64,000 nt of DNA, taken from positions 352,001 to 416,000 of the forward strand of contig OZ219815.1 in NCBI GenBank assembly GCA_964291235.2. Direction: 5' to 3'. The position numbers and the translations under genes were made by a program. Shown here in pieces: positions 9,572 through 18,943 of the stretch. The stretch is from Vicinamibacteria bacterium. GTDB taxonomy: Bacteria; Acidobacteriota; Vicinamibacteria; Marinacidobacterales; Marinacidobacteraceae. Each line of letters begins with the position of its first letter. The first letter of the stretch is position 1. The notes under the pieces were generated by a model that searched no databases, was not told the origin of the DNA, and saw nothing but the letters and a program-made list of their open reading frames with translations.

Positions 9572-10993
9572 ATGACCCCCATCCCCACCCACGGCCTGCT
9601 CCTGGCCGTCCCGCTGGCTGGCGCCGCGTGCTCCGGTGCCGAGGCGCCCGTCGCGCAGCCGGCCGAGCGCCTGCTGATCGACGGGGGCACGGTCGTGGTC
9701 ATGGACGAGACCGGGACGATCCTGGAAGGCGGCGCGGTCCTGATCGAGGGAGACCGGATCGTGGGTCTATTCGACCGGGCGGCGCCCCGGCCGGCCGGAA
9801 TCCCCACGCTCGATGCGACCGGCCAACTGGTCATTCCCGGCCTCATCAACACCCACGGGCACGCCGCCATGTCGCTGCTCCGGGGGCTCGCCGACGACCT
9901 GCCGCTGATGGACTGGCTGGAGCAGAACATCTTCCCGGCCGAAGCTGCACTGGTCGCCCCCGATTTCGTCTATTGGGGGACGCTCCTCTCCTCCATCGAG
10001 ATGCTGAAGAGCGGGACCACCACCTTCGCCGACATGTACTACTTCCGGGACGAGGTGGCGCGCGCCACCATCGAGGCGGGGATCCGGGCGGTGGTCGGCC
10101 CGCACGTGATCGGTTTTCCCACCCCCGATTTCGCGACTCCCGAGGCATCGCTCGCCGAGGCGGACGCGTTCTTCGAGAAATACGCGGGCCATCCGCTCCT
10201 CATTCCGGGATCCGCGGCCCACGCCCTCTACACCACCCCGCTGGAACCCACGAAGGCGGCCTTCGACGTTGCCGAGCGCCACGGCGCCCCCTTCCAGATC
10301 CATGCCGTGGAAGCGCGGGACGAAGACGAGCGGATCCAGGCGGCGATCGGCATGCGCACCATCGAGGCCCTTGAATCGATCGGGGCACTGCGGCCGGGCA
10401 CCGTGCTGGCCCACGGGACCTACCTCTCGGACGAGGACATCCAGCGGGTCGCGGCGTCCGGCGCCGGTGTCGCCCATAACCCGGAGAGCAACATGAAGCT
10501 CGGAGCGGACCGGGCGGCGCCCGTCGAGGCGCTCCTCGCCGCCGGGGTTCCGGTGGGACTCGGCACCGACGGGCCGGCGAGCAACAACGATCTCGACATG
10601 TTCGGGGAAATGGACACCGCCGCCAAGCTCCACAAGTTCGCGACCGGCGACCCGACGTCGCTACCCGCCGAAACGGTGTTCCGGATGGCCACCACGGGCG
10701 GCGCCCGGGTGCTCAACCAGCAGAACGAGATCGGGTCGCTCGAAGTCGGCAAGCGCGCCGACATCGTGCTGGTGGAGACCCGGCGCGCCGGGATGACGCC
10801 GCTCTACCGTCCCTACTCCCACCTCGTGTACGTCACCCGGGGAAGCGACGTCCGCACCGTGCTGGTGAACGGGAAAATCGTGGTGCGGGACGGCGAGATC
10901 ACCACGGTGGACGAGGATGCGGTGATGGAGAAGGCCCGGGGCTTCGCCGATCAGGTGCGCGAGGCGGTGGCCGAAGTCAAATCGGCGCGGTAG
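9572..10993 (+). CDS. Amidohydrolase (MTA/SAH deaminase-like), putative lipoprotein
   Basis: PGLINTHGH, HNPESNMKL, GTDGPASNN; N-terminal GAAC lipobox-like. Confidence 0.85.
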   Translation: MTPIPTHGLLLAVPLAGAACSGAEAPVAQPAERLLIDGGTVVVMDETGTILEGGAVLIEGDRIVGLFDRAAPRPAGIPTLDATGQLVIPGLINTHGHAAMSLLRGLADDLPLMDWLEQNIFPAEAALVAPDFVYWGTLLSSIEMLKSGTTTFADMYYFRDEVARATIEAGIRAVVGPHVIGFPTPDFATPEASLAEADAFFEKYAGHPLLIPGSAAHALYTTPLEPTKAAFDVAERHGAPFQIHAVEARDEDERIQAAIGMRTIEALESIGALRPGTVLAHGTYLSDEDIQRVAASGAGVAHNPESNMKLGADRAAPVEALLAAGVPVGLGTDGPASNNDLDMFGEMDTAAKLHKFATGDPTSLPAETVFRMATTGGARVLNQQNEIGSLEVGKRADIVLVETRRAGMTPLYRPYSHLVYVTRGSDVRTVLVNGKIVVRDGEITTVDEDAVMEKARGFADQVREAVAEVKSAR

Positions 10994-11016
10994 CGCCAGC
11001 ATTGAGGAGACAGCGA

Positions 11017-12090
11017 ATGACCCAGCGGAACCTGCGGTGGGCGCACCTGGCGGCGGCCGTGCTGTTCGGTGGCTACGGAGCGGGAGCTCTGGCGGGCTGC
11101 GCCACCGGTGACGGCGACGAGACGGAGCCGGGAGCCGGCGACGAGCGGGCGGACGCGGGGACCGCGCTCTCCTTCCCGGCCGAGCCCCCGGACGGGCCGA
11201 TGCCGGAGATCGGACCGGCGCCCGAGGACTACGTCCCGACGGCCGCCGGGGCGCCCGCCACCGACATCTGGCTGGGAACCCTCGTCTCGGACGGCGGCGC
11301 GCTCTCGATCTCCGACCTGGAGCCGGCGACCGACCGCGACGGCTACGACAACCAGCCCAGCTTCCTCCTCGACGGCTCGGCCATCCTCCACACGGCGGCG
11401 CTGGACCGGCGCCAGACCGAAATCATGCGCCTTGGGATGACCTCCCGAACGGGATCCGGCGCCGGCCCCGGAGCCTCCGAGCAGGTGACACACACGGAGG
11501 GGGCCAGCGAGTTCTCGGCGATCCAGATCCCGGGACAGGAGGCCTTTTCCGCGATCCACGAAATCCGCGGCAAGCAGTACCTGTGGCGCTACGACCTCTC
11601 CGGTGAAGCGGTGGGGCCGATCTTCGCCACCGCCGAGCCGGTCGGGTACCACGCGTGGGCCAACGAACACATCGTCGCGATGTTCATCCTCGGCGATCCG
11701 GCCACCCTCCAGGTCGGGGACGCGCTGAGCGGGGAGATCCGGATCGTCGCCGAGCGTCCGGGCCGGTCCATTCACCGGATTCCGGGGACGGAGGAGGTCT
11801 CCTTCGTCCGCAAGGTCTCGGACGAGGAGTGGTGGATCGAACGCCTCGACCCCGCCACCGGAACCGCGATGCGGATCACGCGAACGCTGCCGGGCCGTGA
11901 GGACTACGCGTGGACGCCCGCGGGCGAAATCCTGATGGGCGACGACTCGCGCCTGTTCGCCTGGTCGGAGGGTTCGGACTGGGCGGAGATCGCCGACTTC
12001 TCGGCCCTCGGCGTCGAGGGCATTACCCGTCTCGCGGTGAGCCCGGACGGCACCCGGGTCGCGATCGTCGCCAACCGCCCGGGCGGCTGA
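11017..12090 (+). CDS. TolB-like beta-propeller lipoprotein
   Basis: LAGC lipobox, GYDNQPSF, AVSPDG; SD GAGGAG. Confidence 0.7.
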   Translation: MTQRNLRWAHLAAAVLFGGYGAGALAGCATGDGDETEPGAGDERADAGTALSFPAEPPDGPMPEIGPAPEDYVPTAAGAPATDIWLGTLVSDGGALSISDLEPATDRDGYDNQPSFLLDGSAILHTAALDRRQTEIMRLGMTSRTGSGAGPGASEQVTHTEGASEFSAIQIPGQEAFSAIHEIRGKQYLWRYDLSGEAVGPIFATAEPVGYHAWANEHIVAMFILGDPATLQVGDALSGEIRIVAERPGRSIHRIPGTEEVSFVRKVSDEEWWIERLDPATGTAMRITRTLPGREDYAWTPAGEILMGDDSRLFAWSEGSDWAEIADFSALGVEGITRLAVSPDGTRVAIVANRPGG

Positions 12091-12166
12091 GCCGTTCCCG
12101 CGGGAACGCGGCGACGCCGGCCGGAAGGCCGCCGGCGCGTGTTACCCGGCCTGTCGCCCCGGCCGG

Positions 12167-12946
12167 CTACTTGCCTCTGACTTCGGCGAGGAGTTCCAGC
12201 ACCTCGTCGTGGAGGGCGCCGTTCGTGCTCAGCGCGTTTGGGCCGTGGATCGTGCGGTTGCCGTCCCAGTCGGTGAACCGGCCCCCCGCCTCCTCGAGGA
12301 TCGGCAGGAAGGGGCTCGAGTCCCAGGCCTTCATCTCCGGATCGAGGCCGATTTCAGAACGTCCGGTGCAGACCAGTGCGTGCCCGAAGGCGTCGCCCCA
12401 GGTCCGCCGGACCGCGCCCTTCGCGCCCACCGCGTCCCAGATGGGGCCGATGGTCGCGGGATCGGTGGTGGTGGCAAGCGCGTTCACGATCTCGGTCACT
12501 TGAGAGACCCGCGCCGGCCGGCCGTTCCAAAACGCCCCCTCTCCCCTGGCGCCGGTGACCATTTCGCCGAGCCCGGCGATGTTGCAGACGCCCACTACCG
12601 CCTCGCCCGCGATCTCGAGGCCGATCAGCATCCCGAACAGCGGCACCCCGTGAATGAACGAGGTCGTGCCGTCGATCGGATCGAGAATCCAGCGATGGGT
12701 CGGGTCCGATCCCGATTCGCCGTCCTCTTCTCCGAGGATGCGGTGCCCCGGGAACCGGGCCTCGATCCGCTTCCGCAGGAGCCTTTCGCCGGCGATGTCC
12801 GCCTCGGTGACCGGGGTGCGGTCCGGCTTCGTGGTAACGCCTACCCCGACCTGAAAGTGGCGCATGATGAGGCGCCCGGCCTCCCAGCCGATCTCGGTAG
12901 CGAAATCAAGCAACTCGCGGGTGCTGGCCGGGGATCTGTGGTTCAT
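12167..12946 (-). CDS. Inositol monophosphatase family (HisN-like histidinol phosphatase)
   Basis: TPVTEAD, ILGEE, WILDPIDGT, WD motifs. Confidence 0.88.
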   Translation of the reverse strand: MNHRSPASTRELLDFATEIGWEAGRLIMRHFQVGVGVTTKPDRTPVTEADIAGERLLRKRIEARFPGHRILGEEDGESGSDPTHRWILDPIDGTTSFIHGVPLFGMLIGLEIAGEAVVGVCNIAGLGEMVTGARGEGAFWNGRPARVSQVTEIVNALATTTDPATIGPIWDAVGAKGAVRRTWGDAFGHALVCTGRSEIGLDPEMKAWDSSPFLPILEEAGGRFTDWDGNRTIHGPNALSTNGALHDEVLELLAEVRGK

Positions 12947-13127
12947 GGGCTCGGGAATCTCCTCTCGCGCGGCGCGAACTATGTCACGGCAAGCCTGCCG
13001 GAACGGTCCGGCGCGGCGCCTTGAACCGCGATGTGCCCCCCCTTTCATCGGCCTCTTTCCGGCGGTTCACGAACGCGCCCCATCCAAGGATGCGCCGAAG
13101 GCTCCGGCGAAGTAAATTTGACCGGTT

Positions 13128-15383
13128 ATGCGCTCCCCGGCTATCCCCCTGTTCGTCCTCGGCGCCCTGCCCCTCGCGGCCGGGTTCGGCCTGGGCGCTG
13201 AAGAAGAAACCGCCAGCGGCGTCCGGATCGGACGGGCCGCGCCAACCATCGAGGCGCCGGCGATCGACGGCCGTCTCGACGAGGACGTCTGGGCGGCCGC
13301 CGAACCGCTGACCGACTTCGTACAGGCCGACCCTTTTGAAGGAGAGCCGGCCAGCGAGCGCACCGAAGTCCGGATCCTCTTCGATGAGGAGGCCGTCTAC
13401 ATCGGCGCCATGCTCTACGACAGCGACCCGTCGGGAATCATCGCCAGCGACGCGCGCCGCGACTCCGGGATGGACGATACAGACTCCTTCCGGGTCGTTT
13501 TCGACACCTACCACGACCTGCAGAACGGCTTCGTCTTCGGGACCACCCCGGCGGGGCTCGAGTACGACGGCCAATTGAGCAACGCCGGCGGCGGAGGCGG
13601 CGGGGGGGGCGGTGGTCCCCAGATGCGGCGTGCCGGCACCGGCTCCGGGGGCGGCTTCAACGTGAACTGGGACGCGAGCTGGACGGTGGCAACGGCGATT
13701 ACCGATGAGGGCTGGTCCGCCGAATTCGCGATCCCGCTGCGCACCCTGCGCTACGGCTCGAGTCCCCAGACCTGGGGGATCAACTTCCACCGCAACATCC
13801 GCCGGAAACGTGAGGACGACTATTGGTCTCCGGTTTCCCGGATCTACAACCTCTACCGGCTTTCGTCGGCAGGCGAACTCCACGGGCTCGAACTGCAAAG
13901 CCCCCGGAACTTCAAGGTCACGCCGTACGCGCTGGGCGCCGCCGGGCGCGACTACGCCGTGGAAGTGGAAGGCCAGACGAACACCGACTTCGGAGTGGAC
14001 GCCAAGGTCGGCATCACCCCGGCCCTCAACGTGGACCTCACCTACAACACCGACTTCGCCCAGGTGGAGGTGGACGACCAGCAGATCAACCTGTCCCGCT
14101 TCAACCTCTTCTTCCCGGAGAAGCGTCCCTTCTTCCTCGAAAACGCCGGCAACTTCTCGATGGGCCAGGGGAGTTCGGTGGATCTGTTCTTCAGCCGCCG
14201 GATCGGAATCGGACCCGGGGGCGCGCCGGTGCCGATCCTTGGGGGCGCCCGGCTGTCAGGCAAGGCCGGCGACTACAACCTGGGTTTCCTGAACATGCAG
14301 ACCCAGGAGGTCGCCGGGGTGGTCGCCGCCAACAACTTCTCGGTGATGAGCCTGAGCCGGGAGTTCGGCGAGCGTTCCTCGCTCGGCGCCATGTTCGTAA
14401 ACCGGATGGGCACGAGCGGCATCGACTCCGAGAACGACTGGAACCGGACCTGGGGTGTGGACGGCCGGCTCGGCATCGGCGAAACCCTCACCTTCACGGG
14501 CTTCGCGGCGCGGACGGAGACCCCGGGCTACGAACTCCTCGACGGCGGAGAGTACGCCTACATGGGGCGCGGCGAGTATTTCCGCCGGGATCTCCGGCTC
14601 TGGTTCGGCATGAGCGAGGTCGCCGCCAACTTCAACCCCGAAGTGGGGTTCCTCCGCCGCCAGGCCTACCGCAGTTACGACTACGGCTACTTCGGCTACT
14701 ACCGGCCGGCGTTTCTCCAGGAACTGCCGATGCCCATCCGGGAACTGCGGCCGCACATCACCTACTCGGGCTTCCAGACACTGGAAGGCTTCCTCGAGAC
14801 GAGCCGGCTGCACGTGGACAGCCACGTCGACTTCGAGAACGGCGCTCACCTCAGCCCGGCGATGAACCGCATCGTGGAGGGGCTCCAGGAGCCCTTCGAG
14901 ATTCGCGAGGGCATCGTGATCCCGCCCGGCACCTACGAGCACTGGCAGCTCGGCTGGCGGTGGAACACGAACCGCGCCGCCCCGTTCTCCTACAGCGGCG
15001 GGCTCGACTACGGCGGATTCCTCTCCGGAGAGCAACGCACCCTGGACACCACCATCAACTACCGCTGGGGTACCCGGCTCATCACCGCCGCCGCGTGGCT
15101 CTACAACGACATCGAGCTCGCCGAAGGGAGCTTCGTGGCGAACCTCGGCCAGTTCCGGGTGGCTTACAACTTCACCCCGCTGATCTACCTGCAGGCGCTC
15201 GTCCAGTACAACGACGACGCCGACATCTGGTCCTCGAACGTCCGTTTCAGCTGGCTGAACACCGCCGGCACGGGCCTCTTTCTCGTTTACAACGACACCG
15301 AGGGACTCGGCGACGTGCTGATCGGACCCCAGAACCGCAGCCTGACGGTCAAGTACACCCGCCAGTTCGACATCTTCCGGTGA
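13128..15383 (+). CDS. CBM9-like + DUF5916 outer-membrane protein
   Basis: IDGRLDE..W, NTDFAQVEVD, LFFPEKRPFFLE, LFFSRRIG; signal peptide. Confidence 0.88.
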   Translation: MRSPAIPLFVLGALPLAAGFGLGAEEETASGVRIGRAAPTIEAPAIDGRLDEDVWAAAEPLTDFVQADPFEGEPASERTEVRILFDEEAVYIGAMLYDSDPSGIIASDARRDSGMDDTDSFRVVFDTYHDLQNGFVFGTTPAGLEYDGQLSNAGGGGGGGGGGPQMRRAGTGSGGGFNVNWDASWTVATAITDEGWSAEFAIPLRTLRYGSSPQTWGINFHRNIRRKREDDYWSPVSRIYNLYRLSSAGELHGLELQSPRNFKVTPYALGAAGRDYAVEVEGQTNTDFGVDAKVGITPALNVDLTYNTDFAQVEVDDQQINLSRFNLFFPEKRPFFLENAGNFSMGQGSSVDLFFSRRIGIGPGGAPVPILGGARLSGKAGDYNLGFLNMQTQEVAGVVAANNFSVMSLSREFGERSSLGAMFVNRMGTSGIDSENDWNRTWGVDGRLGIGETLTFTGFAARTETPGYELLDGGEYAYMGRGEYFRRDLRLWFGMSEVAANFNPEVGFLRRQAYRSYDYGYFGYYRPAFLQELPMPIRELRPHITYSGFQTLEGFLETSRLHVDSHVDFENGAHLSPAMNRIVEGLQEPFEIREGIVIPPGTYEHWQLGWRWNTNRAAPFSYSGGLDYGGFLSGEQRTLDTTINYRWGTRLITAAAWLYNDIELAEGSFVANLGQFRVAYNFTPLIYLQALVQYNDDADIWSSNVRFSWLNTAGTGLFLVYNDTEGLGDVLIGPQNRSLTVKYTRQFDIFR

Positions 15384-15426
15384 CCCCGGAAGGGCTCCCG
15401 GAAACGATCGAAGCCGGTAGCCGGCG

Positions 15427-16230
15427 ATGAGCGCGGGCATTTTGGGCGGGTTCCTGGTATCCGCGCTCTCCGGGCTCTACACCTCGTTCTGGGGCGGGTT
15501 CAAGGACTCGCCGTGGGAAGGCTTCAAACCGCGCACCTTCCCGCGCAGCATCCTGTTCTCGGTCGCCATCTTCGCGTTCCTGCTCGCGGTTCCCGCCCTC
15601 CGGGAGCGGATCGCGGGGCTCGGACTCGTCCAGCTTTTCTTCCTGGTGATGGGGCTCGAAAGGTTCCTGACCGAGCTTCACAAGGGCTGCTTCCGGGAGG
15701 AGCCGCAGGAGAAGTACTTCGTCCCCTCGGCCCTCACGATTCTCGGGCGTCCGGTCAGGAGCCGCGCGCTCCGAATCGCGGCGGGCGTGGTGCTCGTTTC
15801 GGGAGTCATCGCCGTTCTCTTCCTCGGGGCCCCGGTGACCGGGTTTTGGTCCTACCTGGTCGTCGCCTACCTCACCGGGCTCCTGGTTTCCGGCGGCGGC
15901 GCCTGGAAGGACGCTCCCTTCGAGGGATTCCAGACGCTGAAGTTCTTCCGGTCCGGGCTCACCCTGGCGATCGCCTCCCCGATCTTCTATTGGCTCCAGA
16001 CACCCGGAGAACCGGTCGCGCTCGGGATCCTCATCTACATGAACGGCGGTCTCGAGCGGTTCCTGGTCGAGTACTACAAGACCTACATCCAGCGGAACAT
16101 GTCCGGCAAGTTCCGGCCCGATCTGCCGCGGGTGGAGTCCTTCCGCCGTGAGGCATTTCACTACGGGGCCTGGGTGCTGATCCTCGCGGTCGCCGCGACC
16201 GCCTTCCTCGAAGCCGGCGCCTCCGGCTAA
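15427..16230 (+). CDS. Hypothetical multi-pass membrane protein with internal duplication
   Basis: Two copies of GG.(F/W)KD.P(W/F)EGF...F.RS and GLERFL.E..K; about 8 hydrophobic segments. Confidence 0.75.
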   Translation: MSAGILGGFLVSALSGLYTSFWGGFKDSPWEGFKPRTFPRSILFSVAIFAFLLAVPALRERIAGLGLVQLFFLVMGLERFLTELHKGCFREEPQEKYFVPSALTILGRPVRSRALRIAAGVVLVSGVIAVLFLGAPVTGFWSYLVVAYLTGLLVSGGGAWKDAPFEGFQTLKFFRSGLTLAIASPIFYWLQTPGEPVALGILIYMNGGLERFLVEYYKTYIQRNMSGKFRPDLPRVESFRREAFHYGAWVLILAVAATAFLEAGASG

Positions 16231-16246
16231 CGGACGCCATCGGGCC

Positions 16247-17788
16247 ATGTCCCGCTCGGAGGACCACCAGTTCTCCCGGCGGGCGCCCGGCTGGGACGTC
16301 GTCGTCATCGGTTCGGGGCTCGGCGGAGCGCTCGCCGGCCACCGGCTTACCGAGGCCGGGGCCCGGGTGCTCGTGCTGGAGCGCGGCCGCTGGCCGCACC
16401 GGGACGAAGGGGACTGGGACCCCCAGGCGATCCTCACCGACCTCCGCTACCGCGGACCGGTATCGCTCTCCGTCCGCCAGCGCGGGGACCGGCAGTTCCG
16501 TCCGCTCCCGATGAATGAGACCGTGGGCGGAATGTCGGCGTTCTACGGAGGCGCGTCGCTCCGACTCCGGCCCGCCGACTTCGCTCGCTGGCCATTCGAC
16601 TACGACGATCTCGAGCCCTTCTACGACCGGGCGGAGCGGCTCCTGGGCGTTCACGGCCGAGCGGGCGCCGACCCTTCCGAGCCGCCGCGCTCGGGCGCCT
16701 ATCCCTTCGCTCCCATCCCCTACTCGGCGCCGGCGGAGCGGATCCGGGGAGCGGGAGAGTCGCTGGGGCTGCGGCCGTTTCCCATCCCGCTGGCCATCAA
16801 CTTCTCCGGGAGCGGCGGCCCGCGTTGCGTGCGGTGTAACACCTGCGACGGCTTCCCGTGCGCCATCGAGGCCAAGAACGACGCGGCCGGCATCCTCCGC
16901 CACGCCGAACGCCAGGGGTTGACCGTCCGCCCCGGGGTCGTGGTGCGCACCCTGGAGATCGCCGGAGGAAGAGTGGCTCGCGCGCACTGCGGCGACCAGG
17001 AGTCCGGGGAGGCGTTCTCCATCGAGGCGCCGCTCTTCGTGCTCGCGGCAGGTGCGCTCGGGAGCCCGGCGGTCCTCCTCCGGTCCGGCCTGGCCGCCCG
17101 CGACGGGAGCGGACCGCTACCGATCGGACGCTTTCTCATGCGCCACTGCAACGCGGTGGTCGCCGGCTTCTTCCCCTTCCGGACGAACCCGGAAGCGGTC
17201 TTTCACAAGCAGGTCTGTTTCACCGATTTCTACGAGGACCGGCGGACCCGGGACGGCCTTGCGGTCGGAATCATCCAGGACATCTACACCCCCGACGTCG
17301 GCGTCGTCCGACGCGCCGCCGGAAGGCTCGCCGGCGCCTTCCTGGCAGAAGCGCTGGTGCACCGGCTTCAGAATCTCCTCTGCGTCGCCGAGGACGCTCC
17401 GGACCCGGACAACCGGGTTTTCCTGGCCGACGAAACGGATCCTTTCGGCCTGCCGAGGACCCAGGTGGAACACCGTTACCGGAACGCCGACGAGGAGCGC
17501 TTGCGACTGCTCGTCCGGAAGGCTCGCAAGATCCTCCGCGCGGCGGGAGCGCTCGCGACCCACGTCTGGCCGATTTCGTCGTTCTCCCACGCCGTGGGAA
17601 CGCTGCGGATGGGAGAGCGGGCAGACGAGGCGCCCCTCGACCCGGCCGGCCGGGTGCGGGGACTCGACAACCTGTTCGTAACCGACGGGAGCGCCTTTCC
17701 CGCCTCCGGAGGGGTGAACCCCAGCCTCACCATCGCGGCGGGGGCTCTCCGGGTAGCGGAGGGAATCGTGCATCGGAAACCATCATGA
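16247..17788 (+). CDS. GMC family oxidoreductase
   Basis: VIGSGLGG FAD motif, CVRCNTCDGFPC, HAVGTLRMG, GVNPSLTI. Confidence 0.9.
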   Translation: MSRSEDHQFSRRAPGWDVVVIGSGLGGALAGHRLTEAGARVLVLERGRWPHRDEGDWDPQAILTDLRYRGPVSLSVRQRGDRQFRPLPMNETVGGMSAFYGGASLRLRPADFARWPFDYDDLEPFYDRAERLLGVHGRAGADPSEPPRSGAYPFAPIPYSAPAERIRGAGESLGLRPFPIPLAINFSGSGGPRCVRCNTCDGFPCAIEAKNDAAGILRHAERQGLTVRPGVVVRTLEIAGGRVARAHCGDQESGEAFSIEAPLFVLAAGALGSPAVLLRSGLAARDGSGPLPIGRFLMRHCNAVVAGFFPFRTNPEAVFHKQVCFTDFYEDRRTRDGLAVGIIQDIYTPDVGVVRRAAGRLAGAFLAEALVHRLQNLLCVAEDAPDPDNRVFLADETDPFGLPRTQVEHRYRNADEERLRLLVRKARKILRAAGALATHVWPISSFSHAVGTLRMGERADEAPLDPAGRVRGLDNLFVTDGSAFPASGGVNPSLTIAAGALRVAEGIVHRKPS

Positions 17789-18750
17789 CGAGGAAACCCG
17801 GCGCCGCGCCCGTGGACCGGCCGCGGATCGCCATTGTCGGTTGCGGACGGATCGCCGGGGTGCACGCCGGCAACCTCTCCCGAGACGCCCGGCTCGCGTT
17901 CACGAGCCGGAACCCCGAGTCGGCGCGGGCGTTCGCGGCGCGCTTCTCCGGCGAACCGCTGGCCGGCTTTGACGAGGCTCTCGAGCGGAAGGACATCGCC
18001 GCGGTCGCGATCTGTTCTCCGCTCGAGCACCACGGCGCCCAGGCCGTCGCGGCGCTCGAAGCCGGCAAGACCGTCCTCGTGGAAAAGCCGCTGGCGCAGT
18101 CGCCGGGCGAAGTGGAAGCCATCGGCCGCGCACTCGCCGGCCGGCCCCCCGGCTCGCTGATGGTCGCCGAGAACTACCTGTACAAGCCTTCCCTCGACGT
18201 GCTCCGGGCGTGGCTCCCGGCGATCGGCCCCCTGCGGCGAGTCCGGATCTCCAAGCTGACCCGACAGGAACCCGCCGGCTGGCGCACCCGACACGGCGCC
18301 CTTCTCGAAGGCGGCATCCACTTCGTAGCGCTGCTCGGTGCACTTGTAGGAGAAACGCCCAGCTCGGTAAAGGCCGCTTTCCCGGGCGCAACCGAACCGG
18401 AGCGCTCTTCGCTGGTGGAACTCGAGTACCCGTCGGGAGCCCGCGGCGAGGTGCGCTACGCGTGGAACGTCCGCTCGCTTCCCGGCGGCATCCTCCAGCA
18501 TTCCCGGATCGAGGGCGCGCACGGCCGCATCGTCTTCGAGAGCAACGGGCTTTACGCCGGAGTGGTTGGCTACCAGGGACGCCGGGGGTTACGGCTCCGC
18601 CTCGGGCCGGTGACCGACCTCTTGGGGTTTCGCGCGATGGCGCAGGATTTTCTACGCTCGGTCCAAGATCCGGAACACCGTCCGCGGTCCGATTTCGAGA
18701 CCGCCCGCCGCGATCTGGAAATTGTCTTCCGGGCTTATGACACTCGGTAA
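17785..18750 (+). CDS. Gfo/Idh/MocA family oxidoreductase
   Basis: IVGCGRIA, VLVEKP, GALLEGGIH; ATG at 17785 overlaps GMC stop. Confidence 0.85.
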   Translation: MTRKPGAAPVDRPRIAIVGCGRIAGVHAGNLSRDARLAFTSRNPESARAFAARFSGEPLAGFDEALERKDIAAVAICSPLEHHGAQAVAALEAGKTVLVEKPLAQSPGEVEAIGRALAGRPPGSLMVAENYLYKPSLDVLRAWLPAIGPLRRVRISKLTRQEPAGWRTRHGALLEGGIHFVALLGALVGETPSSVKAAFPGATEPERSSLVELEYPSGARGEVRYAWNVRSLPGGILQHSRIEGAHGRIVFESNGLYAGVVGYQGRRGLRLRLGPVTDLLGFRAMAQDFLRSVQDPEHRPRSDFETARRDLEIVFRAYDTR

Positions 18751-18791
18751 TTCAGTAGTTTATGGGGCCCGAGTTGTGGTATATTTCCATT

Positions 18792-18914
18792 GCGCTGGAA
18801 AGTTCACCTCCTTACATCCGGCGTCCGGCTCGGCCGGGGGCTGTCGCGCGAAGACCCACCCATCCCCAAGCGGCAGCCCGAAGGGGGTTGCGCCGGCGCT
18901 CCGGCGCTTTTTTT
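18792..18914 (+). ncRNA. Candidate small RNA with anti-Shine-Dalgarno motif
   Basis: Extended -10 TGgTATATT (18777-18785), TCACCTCCTTA (18804-18814), intrinsic terminator at the end. Confidence 0.5.
18890..18914 (+). terminator. Rho-independent terminator
   Basis: GCGCCGG-cgct-CCGGCGC followed by T7. Confidence 0.8.
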
Positions 18915-18943
18915 GTGTACGGCGCTTCCCCACGCCCCGGATG

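Noticed and set aside
13585-13615. G8 run as a phase-variation tract
   Set aside because: Part of an in-frame poly-Gly linker; the ORF is intact
18752-18814. Minus-strand mini-ORF MEIYHNSGPINY behind TAAGGAGGTGA, or a 16S rRNA fragment
   Set aside because: SD-to-ATG gap is 13 nt, the peptide is not toxin-like, and no other rRNA sequence flanks the motif
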